A stretch of DNA of 64,000 nt from Mobula hypostoma. Its lineage: Eukaryota. The translations under genes were made by a program, and so were the position numbers. This document shows, in pieces, positions 35,681-47,200 of this stretch (position 1 is its first letter; every line of letters begins with the position of its first letter). The DNA lies in assembly GCF_963921235.1 (NCBI RefSeq), contig NC_086101.1:117676001-117740000 (forward strand). Reading direction: 5' to 3'. The notes under the pieces are model-generated. The model was not told the origin of the DNA. It saw only the letters and a list, made by a program, of their open reading frames with translations, and did not search any database.

Positions 35681-36339
35681 CATGGGAGAGGGAGGGGATC
35701 TTTCTAATATTTTCGGCCATTCATTCTTTGGGGTTTTTTTTCTTCTGTTTTGTGGATGTCTGTGAAGAGTAAGAATTTCAGGTTGTATACATTCTCTAAT
35801 ATCAAATTAACCTTCTGGAGTGAAGGAAGAGAATGGGCCCAACATCTGGACTATATGGACAACCCGGAGCAGAGGGCAGGGAAATGGATCCAGCATCTGG
35901 AGGATGCAGTTTAGAGTGAGCCTGAGCAAATATCCAGGATGGATCATTGGAGCACTGAAACGGCTGAGATCTGGGAGAGAACGGCTGAGGGGGGTGAGGT
36001 GCGGGAGCAAGATACCTCGTCGGTTCCCTTGGTCAGCAGAACCAGATATCTGGGCTATGTTGCCCTTGGGCTTTGCAGTGGCCAGGAAGAGAGATTGGAG
36101 GAGAGCTGGTCACAGGGGGCATCTAGTTCTGCGGTGGTGGGGATGGGGGCTGAAATCTTGAGGAAGAAAGGAGTCGGGGGGAGGAGGGGAGCGTCGCTGA
36201 TGAACAGGTCCCTGGGATCCAGAGCGAGTTCATCAGGAACACCAGGCATTGGTGGACCCGGGGGCTGCAGGGGCCTCAGTGAGGACGGAGGACCTCAGAT
36301 CAGGGAGTGTGGAGAGAACATTAACAGTGGAGCCCGAGG

Positions 36340-36690
36340 ACTGAGTGAGCTAAGGCTTTTCCTCTTTGGAGCAATGGAGGATGAGAGGTGACTTCTAGAG
36401 ATGATAGGAGGCATGGACAGTGCCTTTTTCCCAGGGCAGCAATGGCTAATTAATACCAGAGGACATCCGTTAAGGTGGATGGAGGGAAGTTTAGGGAAAG
36501 TTTTTTTTACACAATGTGATGGGTGCATGTGGTGACGGTAGAGGCCGATACATTAGGGACATTTAAAGGACATGGATGAAAGAAAAATGGAGGGTTATGT
36601 AAGAGGGAAGGGTTAGATTGATCGTGGAGTTGGTTAAAAGGTCGGCACAACGTTGTGGGCCAAAGTTCTCATACTGTGCTGTAATGTTCC
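36340..36690 (+). mobile_element. CR1 3' fragment
   Basis: ctaaggcttttcctctttggagcaatggaggatgagaggtgac...ggcacaacgttgtgggccaaag. Confidence 0.8.
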
Positions 36691-37058
36691 GCCTTCTGTG
36701 TGAGGTAGAAATTACCTAGTAAGGCTATAGAGCAACCCAGGGTCGGCAAATAGGCAGAGGGATACCGAGGGACAAACTTAACCAGACAGGCTTCTAATCA
36801 CTGCCATTGGAAGGTAGGACATGGGAAGAGCCCATCACCCATTGGGACTCAGCGCCTCTCCCCCTCAGCCCCGACGTTCGCTGGCGCGGAGAAAGAGAGA
36901 GTGGTACATGGTCCCACTTTTTGCGGCAACAGGCAAGGGAGCCTCAGCAAACCTCTGACACTCTCGGGCAGTGCCCAGCAGTTGATGGCCAGTCTGTCGC
37001 GCTCTTGGCTCGATACCTGCCAGGTGCCTGAACAACGCACCGTTCTCCACCAGCTCAC

Positions 37059-37106
37059 CCAGCGCCTCCACCGGACAGACCGGGATCAGTGATTCCGGGA
37101 CTCCTG
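37059..37106 (-). CDS. Candidate novel 48-nt cassette exon at neuroligin site A: (A)GVPESLIPVCPVEAL(D)
   Basis: Acceptor accttccctccgtcccttcag|CAG (NAGNAG; 45 nt if the second AG is used) and donor TGG|gtgagc. Phase 1/1, stop-free, CpG-rich non-repeat island ~1 kb downstream of A2. No transcript evidence. Confidence 0.45.
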
Positions 37107-37330
37107 CTGAAGGGACGGAGGGAAGGTGATGAAGCTCTTCGTCCGAGGAGAGCTTTCGGAGAAGTCAACCGAGGTAGGAATTGGAGAAACACATGAGGGG
37201 TTGGAGACGATCCAACTGGGATATTTTGGGATTTTACTGGACCAGGAGAGACCTGTCCGGCTCTAACTTCTTGAGGCCTAACACTATAGTTTCTTTGAGA
37301 TTGGAATCAATTGTGGTACTAAGGACAGAG

Positions 37331-37332
<2 letters not shown>

Positions 37333-37376
<44 letters not shown>

Positions 37377-37620
37377 GATCCCTCACGCACAGACACACAT
37401 AAACAAAATAACGTTTGCACATGCACACACACGCATCAGTATATACACACTAGAAATAGCAAAAACATACGTAGTGAATAGATTGACATTCTACGTGTAT
37501 GTATGTGGTACTTATACTGCGCGCACACCGCAACAACGCGTGCACGCGCACAAGCAGAAAATAACACACATACACACAACACGCACACGCGCAAAATAAC
37601 ACGCACGCGAGTGCGCACAC
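37333..37620. repeat. (CA)n plus mixed CA/CG alternating purine-pyrimidine tract
   Basis: About 20 CA units, then acgcgtgcacgcgca and acgcacgcgagtgcgcacac. Confidence 0.85.
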
Positions 37621-38064
37621 AGAGATCAAAACAAAACACTGCATAACAATATCACTGCCATTGGAAATGCCTTGTGCCAAATTACTAGATTAACACTGCA
37701 GACTAGATCTCACTTAAACTCTCCTTTCAATTCTTTGGTCCCCCAAACCTCCCCTCCCTCCACCAGCCAACCCCCACCCTCTCCACACCCAACACTCTTT
37801 TGGGTCATAAAATGGATAAAAAAATAAAGAACATTTTAAATATTTTAAAAGCCAAACTCTTTGAAAGCTTACGGAACATGTAAACGACTGATTTGAAAAC
37901 AGACTTGTGAAAAGAACAAAAAAAAGCACATTTATTGAAAGAGTGCAAAAAAGTTTCGGAAGATGAATAAAAAAGAAGACAAGCTTTTGAAATAAAAGGA
38001 GATTTGAAAAAAAAGGAAAAATCCGGAGGAGGGTGGAAGGGGGTGAGGTGGGAGGTATTGTTAA

Positions 38065-38070
38065 CATGCA
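38065..38070 (-). promoter_or_regulatory. RBFOX-type UGCAUG intronic splicing element ~15 nt downstream of the A2 donor
   Basis: Minus strand reads G|gtatttttccccaaTGCATGttaac. A second TGCATG lies at 37420-37425. Confidence 0.55.
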
Positions 38071-38084
38071 TTGGGGAAAAATAC

Positions 38085-38141
38085 CTTCATCTTCAAGACC
38101 ACCAAATGCGCCGTTATCGTCGGGTTTTTTTGTGAGCGGAC
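38085..38141 (-). CDS. NLGN2: Neuroligin alternative splice-site-A insert exon (A2 type), 57 nt, phase 1/1: (G)PLTKKPDDNGAFGGLEDE
   Basis: GPLTKK start and acidic ...EDE end match the site-A inserts of NLGN1/NLGN2. Acceptor ctctcctcccgttttttctggtcttag|GT, donor GAAG|gtattt. Splices in frame to exon 153-302 (G+AT = Asp). Confidence 0.92.
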
Positions 38142-39225
38142 CTAAGACCAGAAAAAACGGGAGGAGAGAAAAAGAGATTTCAAAAACCATCATTTCTTGT
38201 TTTTTTTCGTCAAATCATTTTTCTTTTTTTAAAAAAAAGATACAATCAAGAATTGATTTCAAAAATCCTAAAAAGATTTGCTTCAGTTTGTGGTTAAAAA
38301 AAAGACAAGCAACAAGACACACAAGAAAAGACATTTTTTCTCCTTCGTAATCTTTTTAAGGTCGATTCGGCAAGATCATTAGAGGAAAAAAAAGATTAAA
38401 CAAGTCAAAAAAAGATTATTCCACCCCCCCAACAAAAAAAAAGTTGGCAAGAAAGCCAAAGAATTTCAATTGACATCATTCTCAAGAATTCTTAAAGGCA
38501 TCAAGAAGAAAGTTCACTTTCCACAAGGTACAGCTTGTTTCTTTCAATTAAAAAAAAGAATTGCAAAAGTAAGTAATTTTGGCTTTTAACTTTGTTCATC
38601 TGCTTCTGTCTTCCTGAAGCCTTGTTAATCTAGGTCCCAGCTACAAAATATTGCATGTTTCAAAGAAAAAGAAGTCTTTCTCAGTAGGAATTAGGACTTC
38701 ATTATTGCTTCCCAGTATTACCTGTCTTATAGATTCATTCTGATGTTTAATCTAGACTTCAATGTCTTGTTCTTTTTTTGAGATCAATATGTTATTAAGT
38801 TGTCACCTGGGAAGCATCCGAGCAGATGCGGCTTTCCCTGCATCATTCATAAGGTAAACCATTAAGGTTCTAACTAAAAGTAATCAGCACCGAACATAAT
38901 TAGGTATGGAGGTGGCATTTAGATGAGACCAGTGCACAGTCTGTCAGAGAAGGTCCAACATATTCCCTTACTAAAGGCAAAGAAATACCAGTGAAAAGGG
39001 TAACCAACATCTTCCCCTCTCCTGTATCTGTAGATACCTTTTGCTGATGCAAGTATCTCCTGAACTATTTTTCCATTCTCCAGAGCCACATGGACATTGC
39101 CAGAAGATTAAAGGACCCTAACATTGAGGTAAAAAAGGAAAGTTCTCCATCTATTCAGGGAAACATAGCAGCGCCACTGCCTCGTGACTCCAGAGATCTG
39201 GGTGCAATCCCTGGCCCCTCGGGGC

Positions 39226-39263
<38 letters not shown>

Positions 39264-39617
39264 TTTCTTTGCCCCGGATCCTTGCATTTCCTCTCACGTC
39301 CCAGCAATGCATGGAGTTAGTCACCCCCATCCCGCCAGTCTATGTGTGAATGTGGGGATGGAGTCTGGGGGGAAGGGTAACTAGTTGAAAGGAAACGTGG
39401 AAAATCAATTATATCACAGTAAATTGATGGTTGATGGTCAGTACACATTCGATGGGCCGAAAAGCCCACTTCTCCAGTGTACGACTTAACAACACAATAC
39501 TCCATAAGTCTAGGGTCACCTCGACTAAAGGAAGGAGGGTTTAGTTCAACGTCTGAAACCTTCTCTGGGAGAAATATTATATCCATTGTCAGTAACATCG
39601 ACCAGATCTCCATCCAT

Positions 39618-40122
39618 TTACAGGAAAGATATAAATAAGTTTGAAAGAGTACAGAGAAAATTTACAAGGACGTTGCCGGCTCTGGAGGACTTGAGTTATA
39701 TGGAAAGATTGAATAGGTTAGGACTTTAATCCTTGGAACATAGAGGATTGAGGAGAGATCTGATAGAGTATACAAAATTATGAGGGGTATAGATAGGGTG
39801 AATGCAGACAGGCTTTTTCACTGAGATTGGGTGGGACTACAACTACAGGTCATGAGTTAAGGGTGAAAAGTGAAAAGTTTAAGGGGAACATTAGGGGAAA
39901 CTTTTTCACCCAGAGGGTGGTGAGAGTGTGGAACGAGATACCTGTACCAGTGCAAGTGGTGGATGCAAGCTTTATTTCAACGCTTAAGAGGTTTGGATAG
40001 ATACACGGATGGGGGGTATGGAGGGATATGGTCCTAGTGCAGATCGGTGGCAGTAGACAGTTTAAATGGCTCAGCACAGATTAGACGCGCTGAATGGCCT
40101 GTTTCTGTGCTGTACTTTTCTA
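39618..40122 (+). mobile_element. CR1 LINE 3' fragment
   Basis: tacaggaaagatataaataag...gcctgtttctgtgctgtac, same subfamily as 26724. Confidence 0.9.
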
Positions 40123-40689
40123 GGACCCCTTCCTTCTTGATTCTTGTGTAGAAACTATGTGGGTGGAATTTGTGTGCTTTCCCTGTGACCGCATGGGTCT
40201 CCCCCAGGTACTCTGCTTTCCTCCCTCAGCCCAACGGCATGCCATAAATCCGCCACGGTAAATTGCTCACCGAGTGTGTGGAATCCCGGGGGGGCGGGAG
40301 TGGGTGGAGGGGGGGAATGGAGGAAGTCAATGGGAATTTGGAGTGAATAAACAGGTCAGCACTGAATCTTTTGGCCAAATTGACTGCATCTCTCCCCCAG
40401 ACATTACTGTTTGCACGATTTTCTCCCACCCCCACCCCCTGTCTGCACTTTGACAGTCTTTTTTTCAATGGGTTCTTTTGGAGTCTCTTTGTTTAGTGGC
40501 TGCCTCTACGGAGATGGATCTCAAGGATGAGGCAAGCACACTGGTATCATTTAAGAAGCACTTGGATGGGTGCATGGAGGTGAGGGGGTTGGGGCCCAAA
40601 TGCAGGAAATTGGGACTAGTTGGATGGGCACTGTGGTTGTTGTAGACTGGTTGGGCGAAGGACCTGTATCTGTGCTGCATTCCTCTACA

Positions 40690-40902
40690 GGTGACAGAGG
40701 TGGAGATACGTCTCGACCACAGGAGGTATAAGGCATTGCTTCCCTCCGCTAGCCTGCAGGTCACCCTTGGGCAAGGTGTAGCCCTGAAGGAGGCATTGGC
40801 AAACCACATGTGTAGAAAAATTTGCCAACAGCAATCATGATCGTGGAAAGACCGTGATCACCCGCGTCATACGATACGGCACATAACGACGATGACGACG
40901 AT
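40690..40902 (+). mobile_element. RTE/BovB-tailed SINE-like repeat
   Basis: ggaggcattggcaaaccac RTE-type 3' motif and a (gacgat)n tail. Confidence 0.5.
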
Positions 40903-41344
40903 AGCTCAGAGGCTCCGTCTGAGTTTGGATGAAGACTGTGGTTTTCTGGGCTACTGGTTACCCGGGCAACTGCCTCTGAGCTTATTTATTTATTATTATT
41001 CTTTCTTTCTTTTTGTACTTGCAGTTTGTTGTCTTCTGCACTCTGACTGAACGCTAAAGTTAGGCGGTCTTTCATTGATTTAGTTATGGTTAGTACTCTA
41101 TGGACTTATTGACAATGCCCATAAGAAAATGAAAATGATTGTATATGGTGACATATATGTACTTTGATAATAAATTTACTTTGAACTTTGAACTTTTTCA
41201 CACAGGGCGGGGGGACAAAATGCATTGGATATAATTATGATGTTGGAAAGACATTCGAACAGTTCACAGTTCAAAGTAAAGTTCCCAGAGCTGGACTCTG
41301 AGATGTAAGAAAATTGAAGCTGGGGACCACGAAGGGAGAGGTGT

Positions 41345-41770
41345 CGGAATCAGAATCAGGTTTTATATCACTGGCATATGACGTGAAACTTGTTGGCTTT
41401 GTGGTAGCAGTACCAATGCAATACATGATAAGAGAAAAAAGATGTGAATTACAGTCAATATATGTATAAAATAGTTGCATTAAATAAGTAGTGCAAAAAT
41501 GTAGTGAGGTAGTGTTCATGGGTTCAATGTCCATTCAGGAATTGGATGGCAGAGGGGAAGAAGCTGTTCCTGAATCATTGAGTGTGAATCTTCAGGCTCC
41601 TGTACCTCCTCCCTGATGGTAGCAATGAGAACAAGGCATGTCCTGGATGATGGGGGTCCTTAATGATGGATGCCGCCTTTTTAAGGCATCACTCCTTGAA
41701 GATGTCCTGGATACTACGGAGGCCAGTGGCCATGATGGAGCTGACTGAGTTTACAACTCTCTGCAGCCAG
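41345..41770 (-). mobile_element. Rex-Babar-type LINE 3' fragment
   Basis: (aatcag)n tail and ggcagaggggaagaagctgttcctgaatc (FRNSFFPSA on minus). Confidence 0.85.
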
Positions 41771-41974
41771 GTGTGTGGTAGGTGGCACCACCATCAGAAG
41801 TGCCGAAGACAGTATAAGTGGGAGTACAACGACAGTATGTAGAGGAAATGGTGTGTACAGTTCAGTGTTGGAGTGGTGTATAAGATGTTTTCCTTTGTTA
41901 GACAAGCCCCAGTCTCTATAGGTGGGAAAATAACCCAGGAACTGTGTATAAAATTGGCATACTGTTGGAATATA

Positions 41975-42037
41975 CGGTACTGTGCAAAAGTCTTGGGCAC
42001 TTACAGCTGGGGAACCTAAGAGTTTTGCACACTACTG
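41975..42037. mobile_element. Tc1/mariner mini-MITE (TIRs only)
   Basis: TA|cggtactgtgcaaaagtcttgg...ctaagagttttgcacactactg|TA. Confidence 0.7.
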
Positions 42038-42454
42038 TATTTGTCAATATGGAGTGGAGAGCGAGTTTGTAAATCTGGCAGGAGCAAAGGATGTTGGGAA
42101 TGGTGAGGGTGGAGTGCCACAGGAGACGCGTGGGACAGGTGGCAGAGGAGGAGTGCCAGAGGTGGGGGTGGTGCAGGTGCAGATACCCCCAGCCCTGAGA
42201 CACCAGGCAAGGTTATTTGATTCCAAACAATTGGTTTATTGATCATTATAGAATGTCTCTCCGGTGCTTCCTGCTCCCTCCCCTCTCCCTTCCCCTTTTC
42301 CCAGCCATGATTCCCCTCTCCCTGCCCCCTGCCCCCTTTCCACTCTCAGTCCACAATAGAGACCCAGATCAGAATCAGGTTTATCATCACTCACATCTGT
42401 CATGAAATTTGTTTGTTTTGTGGCAGCAGTACAGTGCAATACATAAGATTACTA

Positions 42455-42858
42455 CAGTACTGTGCAAAAGTCTTAGGCACATGTGAAAACATTCTGGAAA
42501 GCGAAGATGCTTTCAAAATAATGAAAAAAAAGTTTCTAAGGATCAAAAATGTTACTGTAAAGAGCAGAAAGGAGTAAAAATCTAAATCAAATCATTATTT
42601 GATTGTGTGACCACCCTTTGGCTTTAAAACTGCATCAACTCTCTTGGGTACATTGTCATGCAAAAAAATTGACTGGTAGGTTGTTACAAGCATCTTGAAG
42701 AACTTGCCACAGTTCTTCTGCAGACTTTAGCTGTCTCACTTGCTTCTGTCTCTCCAGGTAATCCCAGACAGCCTCGATGATGTTGAGATCAGGGCTCTGT
42801 AATGGCCGTATAAACCATATGAAACATCTATGATGCCCAAGATTTCTGCACAGCACTG
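42455..42858 (-). mobile_element. Tc1-like transposon deletion derivative
   Basis: TA-flanked TIRs cagtactgtgcaaaagtcttaggcac / tgcccaagatttctgcacagcactg; transposase remnant QSPDLNIIEAVWDYLER. Confidence 0.88.
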
Positions 42859-42934
42859 TAGCTGTATTTTTCTGCTCACTCAAAAATAGAAGAAATGAGG
42901 TTGCATTTCAGGGGTCAGAAGAGGTTTTAAAGTC

Positions 42935-43612
42935 AGAGATTCATAGAAAAGTACAGCACTGATACAAGCCCTTCGGCCCATCTAGTCCATGCCAAAACCA
43001 TTTAAACTGGTTACTCCTTCTGACCTGCACTGGGACCACAACCCTCCATGTACCTATCCAAACTTCACTGAAGTACAGAAATCAAACTCACATGCACCAC
43101 TTGTGCTGGCAGCTCGTTCCACACTCTCACCACCCTCTGAGTGAATAAGTTTCCCCTCATGTTCCCCTTAAACGTTTCACCTTTCACCCATAACCCATGA
43201 CCTGGGTTGTTGTCGTTCCTCTCCATGCCTCGCGGCACATTGGGTGACTACCTTGCCATCTCTTTAGCATTTATGTCCGCTTTTATGAGGCCAAGTTGCT
43301 AGCTCAACGCTCAGCCTGGCACAGATGTACTACCACTCATAATTCTGTATACCTCGATCAAGTCTCCTCTTAATTTTCTATCTTCCAGGGAATAAAGTCT
43401 TAACCTATCCAGTCTTCCCTGGTAACTCACGTTTTCCAGTCCTGGCAACTTCCTTGTAAATTTTCTCTGTGCATTTTCAAATTTATTCATATCTTTCCTG
43501 TAGGTAGGTGACCAAACCTGCACATAATACTCTAAATTAGGCCTCAGCAACGTCTTATACAACTTCAACATAACATCCTAACTCCTGTACTCAATACTTT
43601 GACTAAGGAAGG
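42935..43612 (-). mobile_element. CR1 3' fragment with a SINE piece inserted (~43215-43325)
   Basis: MLKLYKTLLRPNLEYYVQVWSPTYRKD...RGDLIEVY. Confidence 0.88.
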
Positions 43613-44264
43613 CAAGGTATTGTGCAAGGCACAATAGTGAAGCAGGGAGAGCCACCGGCTCAACCCCAGAAACACTGCTTCAATACTGACCTGTGCACAT
43701 GCGTGTGCGTGTGTGCAGAGAGCTTGCACACTTCTCCCCATGGCCATGTAGGTTTTCACCCGGGTGCTCCAGTTCCCTCCCGGTGGGTTAATCGGCTGCT
43801 ATTAATTGCCCCCCTAGCGTGTGGGTGAGTGGGTGGAATCTGCTGGGGACTTGATGGGAACATGGAGAGGTGGGGAATGGGTTACAGGGAGAATTAGTGA
43901 GGGAATGAATCAGCAAAAACTCAGTGGGCTGATAGGCTCCTCTTTTTAAAATATGGAAAGATATGGACCATAATATAATATTATTATATGTTGTGATCAG
44001 GATAGCATGTGCCTGCAATTCCATAGATTAGTAGCACAATTCTCACTGCGTGGAATTGTCATACACCTGGAATATTTGACTGTTATTTTGGCCCGTTATC
44101 TCGAGGTCATGAGGCTGACACTTGAGAAAACATCTTGATCACGACTACAGCTCAGACTGAATCGCAAGGCTCCTGGTCTCTGTTCTCATGGGCGCCATGG
44201 TGTAAGCAATGCTATCTCAGCTCGGTGCATTCCAGATTTCGGAGTTCAATTCTAGCATCCTCTG

Positions 44265-47200
44265 TAAGACCACAAGACCATAAGATGCAGGAACTGAATT
44301 AGGCCATTTGGCCCATCGAGTCTACTCTGCCATTTCTTCATGGCTGATTCAATTTTCCTCTCAGCCCCAATTTCCTGTCTTCTTCCCATATCTCCTTATG
44401 CCCCGACCGATCAAGAATCTACCAGCCTCTGCCTTAAATATACATAAAGACTTGGCCTCCACAGCTGCCTGTGGAAAGGAATTCCACAGATTCATCACTG
44501 TCTGGCTAAAGAAATTCCTCCACGTCTCTGTTCTAAAAGAATGCCCCTCTAAGACCAGAGACTCTCCCACCATAAGAAACATCCTCTCCACATCCACTCT
44601 GTCAAGGCTTTCACTAGGTCACCCTTCATTCTTCTGAATTCCAGTGAATACAGGCCCAGAGGTATCAAACACGCTTCATATGACAAGACATTCAATCCTG
44701 GAATCATTTTCATGAACCTCCTTCGAACCCTCTCCAGTTTCAACACATCCTTTCTAAGATAAGGGGCCCAAAGCTGCTCACAATACTCCAAGTAAGGCCT
44801 CACCAAAGCTTTATATAAACTCAACATTATATCCTTAGATATATATTTTCATCCTCTTGAAATGAATGCTAACATTGCATTTGCCTTCCTTACCTCTGAC
44901 TCTACCTGCAAATTAACCTTTAGGGAATCCTGCACAAGGACTCCCAAGTCACTTTGCATCTCAGTTTTTTATATTCTCTTTCCAGTTAGAAAATGGCCAA
45001 CCCTTTCATTTCCTCTACCAAAGTGTATGACCATACACTTCCTGACACTGTATTTCATCTGCCACTTCTTGCCCTTTCTTCTAATCTGTCTAAGTCCTTC
45101 TGTAGCCTCTCTACTTCCTCAAAACTACCTGTCCCTGCACCTATCTTTATATCATTTTCAAACTTTGCAACAAAGCCATCAATACAGTACCATCATCCAA
45201 ATCATTAACATATAACATAAAAAGAATCAGCCCCAACACAGACCCTGTGGAATACCTCTAGTCACTGGCAGCCAGCCAGAAAGAGTCCCTTCATTACCAC
45301 TCTTTGCCTCCTGCCAACCAGTCACTGCTTTATCCATGCTAGAATCTTTCCTGTAATACCATGTTGTTAAGCAGCCTCATGAGTGATATCTTGTCAAAGG
45401 CCTTCTGAAAATCCAAGTACACAACATCAACCGGTTCTGCTTTGTCTATCCTGCTTGTTATTTCTTCAAAGAATTCCAACAGATTTGTCAGGCAAGATTT
45501 TCCCTTGAGGAACCCATGCTGAGTGTGGCCTATTCTACCAAGTGCCTCCAAGTACCTCAAAACCATATCTTTAAAATTGACTCCAACACGTTCCCAACCA
45601 TTGAGGTCATAATAACTGGCCTATAGTTTTCTTTCTTCTGCCTCTCTCCCTTCTTGAAAAGTGCAGTGACATTTGCAATTTTTAGTCTTCCAGAACCATT
45701 CCAGAATCTAGCAATTCTTAAAACATCATTACTAATGCCTCCACAATCTCTTCGGCCACCTCTATCAGAACTCTGGGGTGTATACCAACTGGTCCAGGTG
45801 ACTTAAAAACCTTCAGACCTTTCAGTTTCCCAAGAACCTTCTCTCTATTTGTGGTAACTTCATGACCCCTGACACCTGGAACTTCCACCATACTGTTAGT
45901 GTCTTCCACCGTGAAGACTAATGCAAAGTATTTATTGAGTTCATCCACCATTTCCTTGTCCCCCTTTATTAACTCTCCAGTATCATTTTTCAGTGGTCCA
46001 ATATCCACTCTCGCCTCTCTTTTACACTTTATGTATCTGAAGAAACTTTTGTTATCCTCTTTAATATTATTGGCTAGCTTACTTTCGTATTCCACCTTTG
46101 CCTTCTTAATAACTTTTTTTGTTGTCTTCTGTTGGTTTTTAAAAGCTTCCCAATCCACTATCTTCCGACTAATTTTTACTCTATTATATGCCCTCTCTTT
46201 AGCTTTTATGTTGGCTTTGACTTTTCTTGTTAGCCACAGTTGTATTTAGAATACCTCTTCCTTTTAGGATGTATATATTGTGTGCCTTCCGAATTGCTTC
46301 CAGAAATTCCTGCCACTGCTGCTCTGCCATCATCCCTGCCTGTGTTCTTTTCCAATCAATTTTGACCAAATCTTCTGTCATGCCTCTGTAATTCCACTGT
46401 AATACTGATTCATCTGACTTTAGCTTCTCCTTCTCAAATTTCAGGGTGAATTCAATCATATTATGATCATGTGTCCCTAAGGGATCTTTTACTTTAAGCT
46501 CTCTAAACAATTCTAGTTCACTGCATAACACCCAATTCTCCAGTGGGCTCAACCACGAGCTGCTCCTAAAAGCCGTCTCATAGGCACTCTAGAAATTCCC
46601 ACTCCTGGAATCCAGCACCAACCTGATTTTCCCAATCTACCTGCATACCGAAATCCTCCATGATTGTTGTAAAGTTGCCCTATTAGCATACATTTTCTAT
46701 CTCCCATTTTAACTTGTAGACCACATCCTTACTACTGCTTGGGGGTCTGTATACAACTCCCATCAGGGTCTTTTTACCCTTGTAGTTCCTTAGCTCTATC
46801 CACAGTGATTCAACACCTTCCTGCCCTAAGTCACCTCTTTTTAATGATTTGATTTAATTTTTTACCAACAGAGCAACACCACCCCCTCTGCCTTCCTGCC
46901 TGTCCTTTCAATACAATGTGTATCCTTGGACATTAAGCTCCCAGCTATAATCTACCTTCAGCCATAATTCAGTGATGCATACAACACCATACTTGCCAAA
47001 CTGTGCTGCAGGTTCATCTGCCTTATTCCATATACTGCGCATGTTCAAGTCCTGTATTCACCCTTTTCAATTTTGTTCATTTTTTACATTGCAACTCCTC
47101 CTGGTGACTGCAATTTTGCCCTCTCAACGGCCTCTCCTCACCACACAATTGCCTCTGTTTGTAAACCAGCTACCTCACCTTCAGCACTATTATACACTTT

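Noticed and set aside
37638-37660. Minus-strand TGGCAGTGATATTGTTATGC resembles miR-449/miR-34 family mature sequence
   Set aside because: It needs an insertion to align, and no complementary arm is nearby to form a pre-miRNA hairpin.
37714-38193. 159-aa ORF with an apparent signal-peptide-like start
   Set aside because: The hydrophobic start is the translated polypyrimidine tract; only the 57-nt A2 exon is credible.
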